A stretch of 63,994 nt of DNA, filler included, from Collodictyon triciliatum (lineage: Eukaryota), in assembly GCA_043381765.1 (NCBI GenBank). It is 8 parts of 8 records of this genome, joined end to end, with 100 filler letters (N's around TTAATTAATTAA, not from the genome) between each part and the next. Parts side by side here need not be neighbours in the genome. Positions count along the whole stretch, not along the records: positions 1 to 8,528 come from JBHJMP010003391.1; positions 8,629 to 19,245 come from JBHJMP010003392.1; 6 more parts are not named here. One strand, written 5' to 3'. Of the stretch, positions 1 through 12,235 are shown one piece after another (position 1 is the stretch's first letter; each line of letters opens with the position of its first letter). The notes under the pieces are model-generated. The model was given only the letters and a program-made list of their open reading frames with translations, was not told where the DNA came from and ran no database searches. The position numbers were made by a program, and so were the translations under genes.

Positions 1-108
1 TTGTTCTTTGTTCTTTGTTCTTTGTTCTTTGTTCTTTGTTCTTTGTTCTTTGTTCTTTGTTCTTTGTTCTTTGTTCTTTGTTCTTTGTTCTTTGTTCTTT
101 GTTCTTTG
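1..108. repeat. (TTGTTCT)n microsatellite; other intronic/contig-end tracts at ~1930-2091, ~3430-3531, 8629-8750, 17421-17513, ~25620-25748, ~27772-27867, 27968-28064, ~30885-30981, 33862-33919, ~40790-41055, 44991-45100, 53814-53910, ~57240-57348, 62425-62606
   Basis: Directly visible simple tandem repeats; most contig ends fall in them. Confidence 0.95.
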
Positions 109-331
109 TCTATGTTTTCTGTTCTTTATAGTAGAAAGAGAAAATGAGAATAATCATTCCATGTGCTGTAGGTTAAAAAGTCGGCCAATCATGCATCAAT
201 ATCTCTGCCAAGTATTTTATAATAAATTTTCGACAATATTTATCCTTCAAAAGTTGTGTTTTTTTTATATTTTTAAAAGAAAAAGTATTATATTTGAAAA
301 TTCATTTTTATTCTCTAATTTTTATTTTTAG

Positions 332-3300
332 GCCAATACCAAGATTTGACTGAGGATATAATCATCCAGATAAAGTCTTTGAGACCTTTTGTGCCAAGTA
401 TATACACCTTAACTGTCAAATCAAATATTTTTGTATCTTTTCTTTTTCTATTTCAGCTTCGCGTGGTTATATTATTAAGTTCTTAAAAAAAAATTATCGC
501 ACACTAGGAATTTGGGTTGAAGAGGATAATACAAGTGATCAGGTGGGACAATCAATTTGATTTTATATCACCGCATAACCTAAGTAGTAACTGTTATACA
601 AACAAGCAATAGGGGTGATGGATAGAAAGAATGACGGATGCAACCATTATATTTATTAAAAAAAAAAAAAACTTATCCAAAGGTTGCCATGGTCGTCTTC
701 TACCCAAAGTTCAACTATGAAGTACCATCCCAATCCGAAATCGTATTTTTGCTCGACTTGTCAGCCAGCATGGAGAAAGGTCACTAAACTGGTTTGCATC
801 CTATATCCGTGCAACCAAGTCACTCATACATCTGGCTAATTATAGGAGGAGCGTTTGAAACCATGAAGGAGCTCGTTTGTTTTGTTCTTGCCAAGCTCCA
901 GCCAAATATCTACTTCAATGTGGTTGCATTTGGCTCTACATATAGGTACTATAATCACATGTCCATATTTTTTTCATGATGAGATAAAGCTAATATACTA
1001 ATCTTAACTTATTTTTATTTCAGACGTCTTTTTGTTACAAGGCAAGCTTAATTCTCCAATATCATTGTTATGTCGAAATACAAAGTATTTTGAGTATGTA
1101 GGCCCTTGTATCTAATTTTACACATTTGTATTTTTTTTTTGTAGCATGCCGGCTACAAAAAGCAATATAGATAGCGCAATCGTAATCTTAAATTTTTCAT
1201 CAAGTCTGTATTAAAGGGAGCTTAAAATTTTTTTGGGCTTTTAGATTTGAAAGTTTAAGTCATAATGAATTCTTGTTTTTTTATCCAGAGTTACGTTTCT
1301 GACCTGAAGTCCAATCTTGGTGCAACTGAAATCATTTTCCCTCTTCGGAGTTATCTACTTACAGGTTTGCCTCTTGTCGCCCTTTTTTAAGTCCCCCTCC
1401 TCCATTTTTTTATAACCACTGAGCCAGGTCGTTGTACATGCTAATATATGATTTCCAAAAATAAAAATAATCAGTAATCTTTAAATCGAATGAATGAAAA
1501 AAATCAGTCATAAAATTATAAAAATGCATACAAATTTTTTTATTCACCTTGGTTTACGAAAATCCAGCACCAAAAAACAGGCCAAGGAATATTCTTCTCT
1601 TCAGTGACGGGCAATATACGTATTATTTATATACACAAAATAGCAAACACAGAAATTTATCTTCGTGTAGATTAAAAATGATGTTTGAAAATTAAGCGGA
1701 AAAAAGGAGGGATATCGACTCTAGAAAATGAATATCATTAAAAATCATTCATTATCATTCATTAAGTCGTTAATTCATCAACGAACGCACGATGATGTTT
1801 ACAATATGAACTTAGTGATGTCCAAACCCTCGTTCACATACTTCGGGCTTCTCCTGATACCTTTCGGGTCTTCCCTGTTGGTGTTGGAGCTGACGTTAGA
1901 AAGCATTCCCTCCGTGCCTTGGCTAGGTTTTCCTTCTTTTTCCTTCTTTTTCCTTCTTTTTCCTTCTTTTTCCTTCTTTTTCCTTCTTTTTCTTCTTTTC
2001 CTTCTTTTTCTTCTTTTTCTTCTTTTTCTTCTTTTTCTTCTTTTTCTTCTTTTTCTTCTTTTTCTTCTTTTTCTTCTTTTTCTTCTTTTTCTACTAATAT
2101 TCTTTGTCTTTTAATTTGTCTATATCTTTAATAGGTATACGCTCGCTGGTTTAATATTCATTTTTTTAAAAAAAATTCGCCCTTGATCTTAACATATTCA
2201 CTGTTATTCAAGAGTTGGACGAGGCATTGCCGAGTTTGTTGAAAAAGGAAAGGTTAAGAGCCAGCGACATCGAGTAACTACTTTATATCTACTTGACCAA
2301 AGCATCACATTTTTATAGTGATTTCTTTCATGTTCTTCAAGAATGTTTGTTGATGCTCAACGGTCCAAGCGCCTTCCCATGATTTTCAGCATTTAATTAT
2401 TTTGACTAATATATATACTGCATCATAGGTATTAAAGCATTTGGTGAGGGCCCGCCAACCTTGTTTATCTAATGTGAGACTGGAGTGGCTCAAAGCAACT
2501 GACGAATCCTTTGAAGTGCTCAAACAGGTTAACATTCATTATGCCCTAAATGTGAAAATAGAAGATTCATATGGGCTAATGACTATCACAATTTTAGTCT
2601 CCATCATGTCCTCCGTGTATTTTTGACGGAGAAAGGCTCATAGTATATGCCTTTGCACATGGTTGCTCACACGTGAAGCTATCTGCTAAATGGTCCCTTT
2701 TTTTCTTCTTTCTTAATTCCTCTCGAATATTTCTACTGACATTTTCTCTTTTAAAGAATTATATGAAATAGACATGGACTTATCAAGAACTAAAATCCTT
2801 TGTAATCACAGTGGGGACTACGAATTTACAAGCACTATATCCACCGGTGGATATTCTGTCAAGAGAGGTTCGGATTGGCGCTATGGTTTAAGTAGCGCTT
2901 TGCCGATAGAATGTTTTAATATACCTTACCTTGCTTTTCACAGGCGACTTTATCCACAAGCTTGGAGCAAAGAGCTTGATTCGTGCATGGGAAGATGACT
3001 ATCTGGATGATGATTACCAAATTAGCTCATTGAAAAAAATCAACCTCAAAGTTTTTTTAAAATTTTTTTTATTCAACTCCGACAGTCTTCAATTAATTGC
3101 CATTCGCCGTCTTTTATTGAAATGATGAAATGATTTTGAAGATATCTATATATAACCAATCCTCCAGGATGACCTTGTCCAGCTGGCTATTAAATACTCC
3201 CTAGCAACTCTATGGACCAGTTTTATTGCTGTCGAAAAGCGTGATGCAGCAGGTTATATATATTTCTTCATTCTTCAATATTTTCTTTTATTTACCATTA

Positions 3301-6300
3301 TCTGCGTCTTGAAACTGGATTTGGTTATTAGGAGACGCCTTCAAGGGCAGAACACCAACTATCAGAGAATTATTGAGCCGATTGGTAAACTGGAAATAGA
3401 TTGTTATTGGTTGTTTTCTTGATTGTTTTGTTTTGTTTTTATTTTTGTTTTTATTTTTGTTTTTATTTTTGTTTTTATTTTTGTTTTTATTTTTGTTTTT
3501 ATTTTTGTTTTTATTTTTGTTTTTATTTTTGTTCTCATGTCAAGCATCAATTTCCGAATGATTTATTTTTAACAGCCAGCAGACAATTTGGAGCATGCCC
3601 CTGCTGATCTTGTTCCTGTCAGACAAGAAGCCGAATCGAAGAAAAACGAAGCATACGAGGGAGATTTACCTGGAATTGAAGGCGATGAGCCAGAACTCTT
3701 AGATGCTTGTTGGTCCGGAGATGAACTTGAATGTGTTGATGACGATGAAGGTACTTATAGAAATAACCAAGAAAGCAGCGAGGATCAGGATGAGGATGAA
3801 GAAAGAGAAAAGGAGCTGTATGAAGAAGCAAATTCGGAGGCTGCTGAAGAAGCTGAAGAAGTTGGTGGTATATTCTCTGATTTTTCAGATGATATGTTCC
3901 GAGGCCCATCGGTGGGCGCGATGGTCACGGCAATCTCTAGTTCTGCATGGGACCCACCCAAGAAAATCGAGATCCCATGTTTTGGTTTGTTTATTATTTT
4001 TTTCTATTGTTTCAGTTTCTTGTTCAATGGGTTTTTTGAGAAAGTAACTTTCCTTGTGACATCTTCATAATATGGTACTTTTCCCAAGTGAAGAGGCTAT
4101 AGGAAAAAATTCAATCTAAACATTTTAAGTAAGCTGAATCATTCCTCTAGACGACAACGATGAAGATATGGGCTTCGATTTGTTTGGTGGAGGCTGGGAT
4201 GAAAGTGAAGAGGAGGAGGTGAAAAGTATCGCTCCTCGATACAAAATGGAAGAGATGTCAAAGTCCATAGAAATAGAAGCACGCAGAACAGAATCGACGA
4301 AAAAAAAGGAAAAAGCAATATATACGGAACTATCAAGGAAAGAGGCGGAGATGGCCGTTGCAGCGCCTGCGCCTGTGCTCTTCTCTCAACAAATGAGTCA
4401 AGCACCACAAATGGCCTCATCTATGGTACGAGAGGATGCCCAACCAATGTTTCGCAGTATTAAGTCGATTCGCGCTGCAGATTCTGGTATACGTTCGAAA
4501 ATGTTGGCACCTGCATCCTCATTGTCCCTGAGTTCAGACGATGACCTATCCACGTCCTTATTTTCAGCAAAGATGGCCTCTGCTGCACCTGCAGCTGCGC
4601 CCACGCTTTTCGGAGCTGCCGCTTTTGCTCCTCCGCCCCCACCACCTGCAGCTGTGCCCATACCCTTTGGTTCTCTTCCTCCGCCTCCACCACCTTCAGC
4701 TGCACCCATGGGTTTCAGAGCTACCGCTTTTGCTCCTCCGCCTCCACCACCTGCAGCTGGTTTCGTGCGGTATGTTACCTCCGCGGAACGGACATCAAGA
4801 CCTTCATTTTTGCCCGAACAGCCTCCAGCTTCGGGTGGTTTGGGCTCTGTCTTTGGCTTTGGATTTGGCTCTGGCTCTGGCTCTGGCCCACTTGCCACCA
4901 TGCCTCAGCCCGAGCCTTTGCCTTCACCAGGTTACGAGATTTCCCCATGGCTCGCACCCCCGCCAGACCAGGCACAGCCTGCGTTCTTCGGAGGGTTCAG
5001 ATTTGCACAATCTCAGGCATCTTCGGTTTCACATAACATGTTTAGTGGCTTCAACTTCCCTCCGAGAGCTTCCGCTGCTCCGTTTTCTCCATTCAATGTG
5101 CCCTCATACTCCGCTGAATTTGGTTCCACAAATGCTGTGGCAGCCCCTTCTGTGGCTCCAGCCACAGTCGGTGGATTAGTTCGATTCTCCCCATCCAACC
5201 AAACCAGATCACTCTTTGGTTCGGCGGTTTCTTCATCTCCAGATTCAATTCAAGGCAGACAAATCATACAAAACACTGTCTCGCCGCTTATGCAGACTAG
5301 AAGCAACCAGGATTTCCCCACGGAAATTGAAAACAGACTCGAATTTACGTATGGAACAAATAGCATACCATCAGCAAAACCTACCGAATCCTTTGCAGGA
5401 GAATATGATGGAGGTTGGGGTGAGTCCGAATTGCTTAGCATGCAGCCTGGAAGTAGAGGCCCTGGATATGGTGTTGCTAGTGGCGAGCCTAAATGGCAAA
5501 GGGAATCCCTTCAGAAGGGAGGTCGACAATCAGGTTGAATATGTGTTTTAATTGGGAATTTTGTGTACAATAGGTATTCTTTCCATTTGTATTCATAGGT
5601 GGGTTTTTTTATAAAAAAAATTGATATGTTTAGCTGTATCTGACTACCAGAAGGCAAAAAAGAAAGGTAGTTTTCTTTTCTTTTTCTTCTTCTCCTTTTT
5701 ACACCTATCGCCCGTAATCAATATGGATAGGTAATCAAATATGACACATTATGCTAAGGTTATAATTACTGGAAGATTTTTTGCCTTGATTCCCTTACAC
5801 TCTTTTCATGCAGTTTCCAACGATTTTGCACCCGCACGAGAGGGTAGTGGCCAGTCAATTGGATATGGCCGTGGTATGCAAGGATACAAACCAAATTTCT
5901 CCCGTGAAGAAGGTAGATTATATCCTTCCAGTAATCAATGTGTACTTATAAATGATAAAGAGAATGCCCGGCCTAATCTTTGTTTCTCCAGAACGACGTG
6001 CTCAATATTATCGTCAAACCGAGAAGTCGGATGGACTGACACCTAAGAAGGTGACCATTTCCAGCCAATATATGGATGTTGTTCTGAAGCTTCAAGAGCC
6101 CACTGGCGAATGGAAAGACAGTGACGCAATATTGTCCATTCCGATATTCATACAAGCTATTGCTTGGCTTATTTCAGAAGGTATTTATTTTCCTAACTTT
6201 ACAATTTTCAAATATTGTGCAATGAATCAACCGGATGAGAGCTGACAATGAATTCTATATTTTCATTCTAAAATCTAACAATGATAAAGGAACATCGAGT

Positions 6301-6930
6301 ACACAAGTCACCGTGTCCGAAATTATACCTCTCTTTTTGACTATTTTAGTCACAAAATGTACGATTTAATCTGTATGCTATTCCTTCAATTAAATGATAT
6401 TTGACAAAGGCGTGAAAGCACCCACAATGTCACGTTGCCATGTAATCCGTATCTCTAAATTCACCACTGCGCCCACTAGTGCTCAAGAACTTACCCACTC
6501 AAGACAGAAGGTATGACTTTTTGATTATATCAATACTGAAAACAAATTTTCTTCAATTCTGCACAGTTCAACCAAAAGACATCTTAAACACACGACATGT
6601 TCTTCTTTGTGCAACATTAAATATATTGGTATATAGAGTTCAAGAATCAATCAGAAAGGCCCGAGCTTGGACCAGATTCACAAGCATGAAATTCAACAAA
6701 GCCAGAAATAAGGTGAAAGAGATTCCCGTTTACTTTCCAAAAATCATACTCATAATTTGCTGTCAGTGCGTAATTAGTTTGTCAGTAATCTAAAATAGTT
6801 GTTTTCTTTTTCTTTTTCTTTTGTTTTCTAACCAACTTTATTACATTTCTCTATTTCCCCGTTGAAACCTCAGGATGGAAGCAACTTCGATGTCGAATCG
6901 CTCGTGGATTCTTTCTTGGCTGCACAATGA
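332..6930 (+). CDS. PARP4: PARP4 (vault PARP)-like protein, 5'-truncated by the window edge: vWA domain, post-vWA helical region, acidic and Pro/Ser-rich region, C-terminal domain; many GT-AG introns
   Basis: Spliced exons read SEIVFLLDLSASMEK (MIDAS DxSxS), FNVVAFGS, LGATEI, NILLFSDGQ, RVFPVGVG, then PCIFDGERLIVYAF...GDFIHKLGAKSLIRAWEDDYL...IKYSLATLWTSFIAVEKRD, which closely resembles the PARP4 segment after the vWA domain. Large Pro-rich exon in ORF 4168-5538. Probable last exon 6874-6930 ends in TGA. PARP catalytic/BRCT/VIT parts would lie upstream of the window. Confidence 0.7.
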
Positions 6931-7266
6931 GCCGCTGCTCGCGCCACAGCAGACACGCCACGCCAAAGCGGAGTCGAATGCAAGGCAGGAACGCGCCAAC
7001 GAAACGAAACGAAAACAGAATAAACTCCGCTTTTGGATACCATATATGTTATGTATACGCGCACTAGCTCCACAAAACCAAAGAAACCGAAGAAGCGATC
7101 AACCAAAGCGCCCTCTTTTAGCGGCAGAAGACTGGATGATCGTTGGCCGCACGTTTCGCGTTCACAAGAGCGATCCACTTCGTTTGAACAACTCACACAG
7201 GAGGAAGTATCGCATATGTAAAAAAACAAACAGACAATAATTCTTTTTTTTTTTTTAATGTTAGAG

Positions 7267-7772
7267 ATGGCAACGAAGGACGAGGCCTCAGGCAATGTGG
7301 AGATTCCGTTGGATCTGATCAGGCTGAGCTTGGACGAACGCATCTTTGTCAAGCTTAGGGGCGATCGCGAGCTGCGCGGAAAGCTTCATGTGAGCTCCTG
7401 ATAATGGCTGTTTGTTTTGTAGCAATTGATTTCTCCAAACTTGTTTCAAGCAGGACCAAACGACGCCCAAGTCAACTATGTCTTTGTAGGCTTACGACCA
7501 GCACTTGAACATGCTCCTTGGGGACGTAGAAGAGAAGCAGACTGTCATAGTATTTGACGAAGGCAGCTTTGAAAGCACTGTCAAGGTATTTCCGTTCCTC
7601 GTGTATTTTTGGTTTGATAGAGTTGTAATCACTCAGAAGGCATGGAGGTTGTATTCACAGAACTCATGCCTTGAACTCCCTTATTGTCCCATAGGTCATC
7701 ACAAGAAAGAGGGAGATGCTTTTTGTCAGAGGAGACGGAGTCATTCTTATTTCCCCTCCTATCCGCACTTAG
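7267..7772 (+). CDS. LSM3: U6 snRNA-associated Sm-like protein LSm3 (3 exons)
   Basis: Spliced translation [56 protein letters not shown]...[38 protein letters not shown] and [15 protein letters not shown] are LSm3 signatures. Confidence 0.95.
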
Positions 7773-8070
7773 TGGGTGTTGCAAGGAGCCATTATCATTC
7801 AACGAATAATAAATAAATAACATAATAAAAATAAGAGTAAATCATAGGCATACAGAAAAGGAGAGAAAACTATAAAACTCGTAGGACAGTAAGGACAATT
7901 GGTTTGTACATATGTGTGTGAAGATATTAAAATCACTAAGAGTACTGGATAGTTATACCGAAGGATTTATGCCTCTTCGCGCCGAACATATGACATAACT
8001 TTCCCCTTATTCTCTTCTCCCTAGGCGGTATGATATTTCGATGGATGAGCCAAAACAAATATCAAAGAGC

Positions 8071-8528
8071 TTTTTTTATTCTTCCTTTTTATTTTGTGCG
8101 GGATGGTGAAGATGTTGGCTTTGGTTCGCTAGCCATCGTTTGCATGGACGCTACTTGTTGGCCGGGTGGCGGAGAAGTAGTCGGTAATAAGGAATAGCAT
8201 CCTGCGGTTTGGCCTGTAGCCCGGGTCTTGTGCTTGCATGAGAGATACAAGGCGAGGTTTAATGTCTTTCTCAGCCTCTTTCCACATGTCTCTTCTCACG
8301 GGGTCGGAGTAGTAGAGAACGTGCAGGTGGCGAAGGAAGCTATTGAGGAAAGAGATTTGTATGATGTCATTCAACCTATTATCAGGAATGGGTGGCTGGT
8401 TGTTGAGTCTTGCTTTGCATGAGTATATGCGCGCTATCCACATAGTCCATAGCAAATGGCCTCGCATCACTGCCCAGAATGTTTTTGCATCTGGACGCAG
8501 CTGTTGCAGAGGCCCAAATATCGCCTGG
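8071..8528 (-). mobile_element. 3' end of an L1/Tx1-type non-LTR retrotransposon (ORF2 C-terminus, short 3' UTR, A-rich tail), cut by the contig end
   Basis: Minus frame reads QAIFGPLQQLRPDAKTFWAVMRGHLLWTMWIAR... (FG...W...LWxxWxxR, typical of L1/Tx1 ORF2 C-termini), stop at 8129, then AATAAA and an A run. Homologous copies at 9279-9490 and 54403-54459. Confidence 0.65.
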
Positions 8529-8628
8529 NNNNNNNNNNNNNNNNNNNNNNNNNNNNNNNNNNNNNNNNNNNNTTAATTAATTAANNNNNNNNNNNNNNNN
8601 NNNNNNNNNNNNNNNNNNNNNNNNNNNN
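8529..8628. other. Artificial contig linker (N44-TTAATTAATTAA-N44); identical linkers at 19246-19345, 27868-27967, 36486-36585, 45101-45200, 53714-53813, 62325-62424
   Basis: Exactly 100 nt each with a six-frame-stop core; five consecutive contigs between linkers are 8522, 8518, 8515, 8513 and 8511 nt (length-sorted). Confidence 0.98.
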
Positions 8629-9278
8629 TCTTTTTCTTTTTCTTTTTCTTTTTCTTTTTCTTTTTCTTTTTCTTTTTCTTTTTCTTTTTCTTTTTCTTTT
8701 TCTTTTCTTTTCTTTTCTTTTTCTTTTTCTTTTCTTTTTCTTTTTCCTTTCTGTTCTTTTTTGGTTTTCTCCACTGATATAGACACGATTTTTAAGCTTA
8801 TTTCCGAGCTGACCTCTAAATAAGAAACAACGAAAGCAACACCATATCCACTGAGTGTGATTATTAAGTGGCTCATCTCTGTGACAAAATATGTGGTTCT
8901 AATTTTGATATGTCTCAAAAATTTATTGCGGCTCGCCCTTCTTCCATCGAACATTTTTATAATGTAATCCTTCAATTCTGTCGTAGACAATCTCATCTTA
9001 CATAATTGTTCCTTGAAATAGACTTGGTTGAAGACCTCGAATCTAATAGAATCTACATCTCTACGTTCCAGTCCCCCACATATCACGAATTATATTTCGA
9101 TATAGTCGTTCTGTCCCATCGATATTTTTGGACACTCTTCATCCTATTTGCACACTTATCTCGAGTATTATGAGGAAGGTATGCGACTAAATATGTATAA
9201 TCCACCCACGGATTAACGGGATTTTATTTCGTGCTTTCTGGTTCGTGTTCATTGAATTGTGCAAATCAGTACAAATCG

Positions 9279-9490
9279 AGAGACATGTGGATAGAGGCTG
9301 AGAGGGATATTAAACCCCGCCTTACAAATCGTGCAAGCATAAGACCCAGGCTACATGACAAACCACATGATGCATTTCCTGATTACCGCCTACTACTCAT
9401 CCACCGAGAATCAATAAGTCTCCATGTGAGTGAAGTACAGGGAACCGAGACCAAAACTACATTTATCGCACAGATTGAAAAGAAAAATTA
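9279..9490 (+). mobile_element. Degenerate 5'-truncated copy of the same LINE 3' end
   Basis: agagacatgtggatagaggctgagagggatattaaaccccgcctt... aligns with the reverse complement of ~8075-8293 (agagacatgtggaaagaggctgagaaagacattaaacctcgcctt...), with indels breaking the frame. Confidence 0.75.
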
Positions 9491-12235
9491 ATGAGGGGAT
9501 AAATTGTTACAACTAACAAAACATGTCACACTACGTTGAAGAGTATGAACCCCTTTTCCAATGAAGGACAAAGTCGCACATATGGTAAATTTTGGATTAT
9601 ATCGTAAACGAAGAGTTAAATCCATTTATTGTCTTATGGGTGCATCTCGCGGACCTGAAAAGGTTTCCTTATGAATTTAATAACTACACGAGTTAGAACA
9701 AATGAACAAATCGTCATTCTAGTTATATCATCAGGTATAGCTATAAATGTTCTACAAGGTGGCGGAAAACTGACTCGGTAATTAAGATTCTACCGTATTT
9801 TTTCAACGAAAAGTGCAATGAATAGAATCCGATAAAAGGCATTTGCTCGAAGTATGCAAGATTATCACATGGAATGAATGTGCCACATCCTACAGAATGG
9901 TCATTGTGGAAGTCAGCAATTTCTATAAAGGACAGAGGAGAAAACAGTGTCGCAATTGGAAGTTTTTTTTCCTTTATTCGATCCAAGGCAAGGATGGGTT
10001 TTTAGATTATTATTTCTTTCTTCTTTTTTTTTTTTACAGTCCGACGGTATTGGTCATAATTAGAAAGTAAAGGTTCTATTTTTTGGTGACTTTATTCACA
10101 CTCTTGCTGTTTTACCGAATGATATTGTACCGAGTGGATTAGTTATGTATCTGAATAATTCGTATTTTGGATACTATCATAAAATCCCGAATGAAAAATA
10201 CAAAAATAGTGACTTTTTTTTGCTAGCTTTCTCAAGTAGAGGTGTTGCGTAACAACTTGCTGGGACTGGGGATGTGAAGATAATGGAGCATACAAGTAAG
10301 TGTATTACCCTCTCATTAAGGGGTTTGCGCTTTTTATATCAATAGATATTGCTTGTGAGTACAGTTTATCATAATATCAGATAAAATAAAAGTTACTGAT
10401 AAAGTTTGGATGGCTGAAGACATCATACTTAACCTAGGAATTCAGATGGTTCTCTACAGTGATGTAATGATTCGAGATGATATACAAAGCAATTTGACTA
10501 TTTACAAATCTTTCGATTCTGATAGTGACCTTGAACATTCTATGATATTTCCCGTAACATTTTTGGATATTTTGGACTCTCCTCGATTTCTATCCCTTCA
10601 AATTCAATCAAAAGGAGGGTTTCCAGTATTCTTGCTGTGCACTTTGGAGCACCTGAGGCTTTGTAACGAAATCCGATTGGCGATATATAGTGCGAGTATG
10701 CTAATTTATCAATGCAAAAATCGTGACAGGATGCGCAAAAGGTGAAATTGTACGTATCCCAAGGACACTTCTGATATCTCATATACCTCAGTTCCATTAG
10801 CAAGGGCACAATTTTTCGATAATGCTTATTACATGCCCATAAATTAACCCCGTGGTCCGTCGCCGAAAAGTTTGCGCAAAGCAATCCCGAAGAAACTCTT
10901 GCTTCCACCATGGTATAGTATAAGCTGGGTGGTTGAGTATTAGGAACCTTATTAGCCTCAACATATGTAGGCTCTGAAAAATAAAAGCACGAAAAATACT
11001 GTTGACAAAATTACTCTGATGTGTGATGAAGGGGGTATCCAACAACATTAATTTCAAAGAATAAGAAAAGTCCAGATTTGATGAAATGTGTAATAGAAGA
11101 ACAAGGGTGGAATGAATAAGACATAAGGTCCTATGATTTTAACTTTTGTCAATATATTATTGATATTTATTATTTTCTTACAAGGTATTTGTTCTTATAA
11201 CTGAAATAAATGCATTTATAATAGCATTATATAATATAACATTTATATTCCGGATTTGCATAAATTGCAATTTTGGATATTTCTTTGAAATTTTCTTTGA
11301 ATTATGACAAAAGAAGTCAAGCCACAAATCATTAAATTCAGTGAAAATAAACTAATGAGATGAAAAGTTCGTGTAGTCTATTCCAAATTCGGATTGGAAA
11401 TTTCTGCGCGATTTTCGAACTTTTCAAAGAAACCTACCCCAAAAAATTTCACCACATTTAGGCCTATTTGAATTATCTGTCAAATTGGCTAATTATAGCG
11501 ATTATATGCAAGTATCTTGCTATCTATGCTATTTTCTTAGCGCAAATCGTGGCTGACTTTTTTTTTTCGGCTAATTCGCAGCAATTTTGGGTCTGTGCGA
11601 AGATGATTCTGTGTCACACCTGTAAATCGAACATTCAATGACAACGCACCATATATAAAATTACACAATGTTGGCATTGATATTGTTTGGTATTGTAATA
11701 TAGCAGTATAGTTGATATTGATGGTAATTTGAATAAAATTAGGAGTTTTTAATTAATAGTCCACTTATGAATAATTGCACCAATGTAACGCCTTTCCTTT
11801 CCGTGGAAACGAATTTCTGTTGCACGCACCACAGGCTCGCGGAAAATTTAGCTTTTTTTCTGCAACACAACAGATCTACAAAACCAGCGGAACCAGCAAA
11901 CGGCTAATGTTCTTTCCTGGTGCAAGATGAGGAATGAGCGAAGCGGAGAATTTTTTTTAGTTTTTCCTTTCTTCAGTTGCGGGTGCGATAGGGATGTGTG
12001 TGGGGATAGGGACAGAGATCAACGAGGGCTCAGCAAATGCTACAAAACCCATGAAATGAATAAGGGTGCGTGGCGGTGGTTGATTGCCGCTGGCTTACTC
12101 GATGAACTTCAGGGCCGTTTCGTACCTGAACGTTTTTCAGGTCCGGAACAGGCTCCTTCAAGTCCTTCTCGGTCAGGGCGACAAACTCAGCACCAGTGAG
12201 CGGCATTGGAGATGATTTTTTTTTTCGGATCCTTT

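Noticed and set aside
8-331. Low-complexity ORFs (FFVLCSL repeats; likewise poly-K/E, poly-F/L, poly-N and MSMS ORFs elsewhere)
   Set aside because: Translations of intronic or intergenic microsatellites, not proteins.
4398-5551. Overlapping antisense and alternate-frame ORFs in the Pro-rich exon (also those over the kinases, FG-GAP gene and dynein)
   Set aside because: Shadow ORFs of GC-richer coding sequence with no independent motifs.
8573-8584. TTAATTAATTAA recurring about every 8.6 kb (possible regular element or TTAA transposon target)
   Set aside because: Always embedded in 44+44 N; a synthetic concatenation spacer. Cross-contig gene neighbourhoods are therefore not biological.
8760-11060. 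Short minus-strand ORFs (8577-9086, 9741-9986, 10540-11057) as a gene
   Set aside because: No recognisable motif and I could not build a consistent exon chain; may be a decayed or orphan gene.
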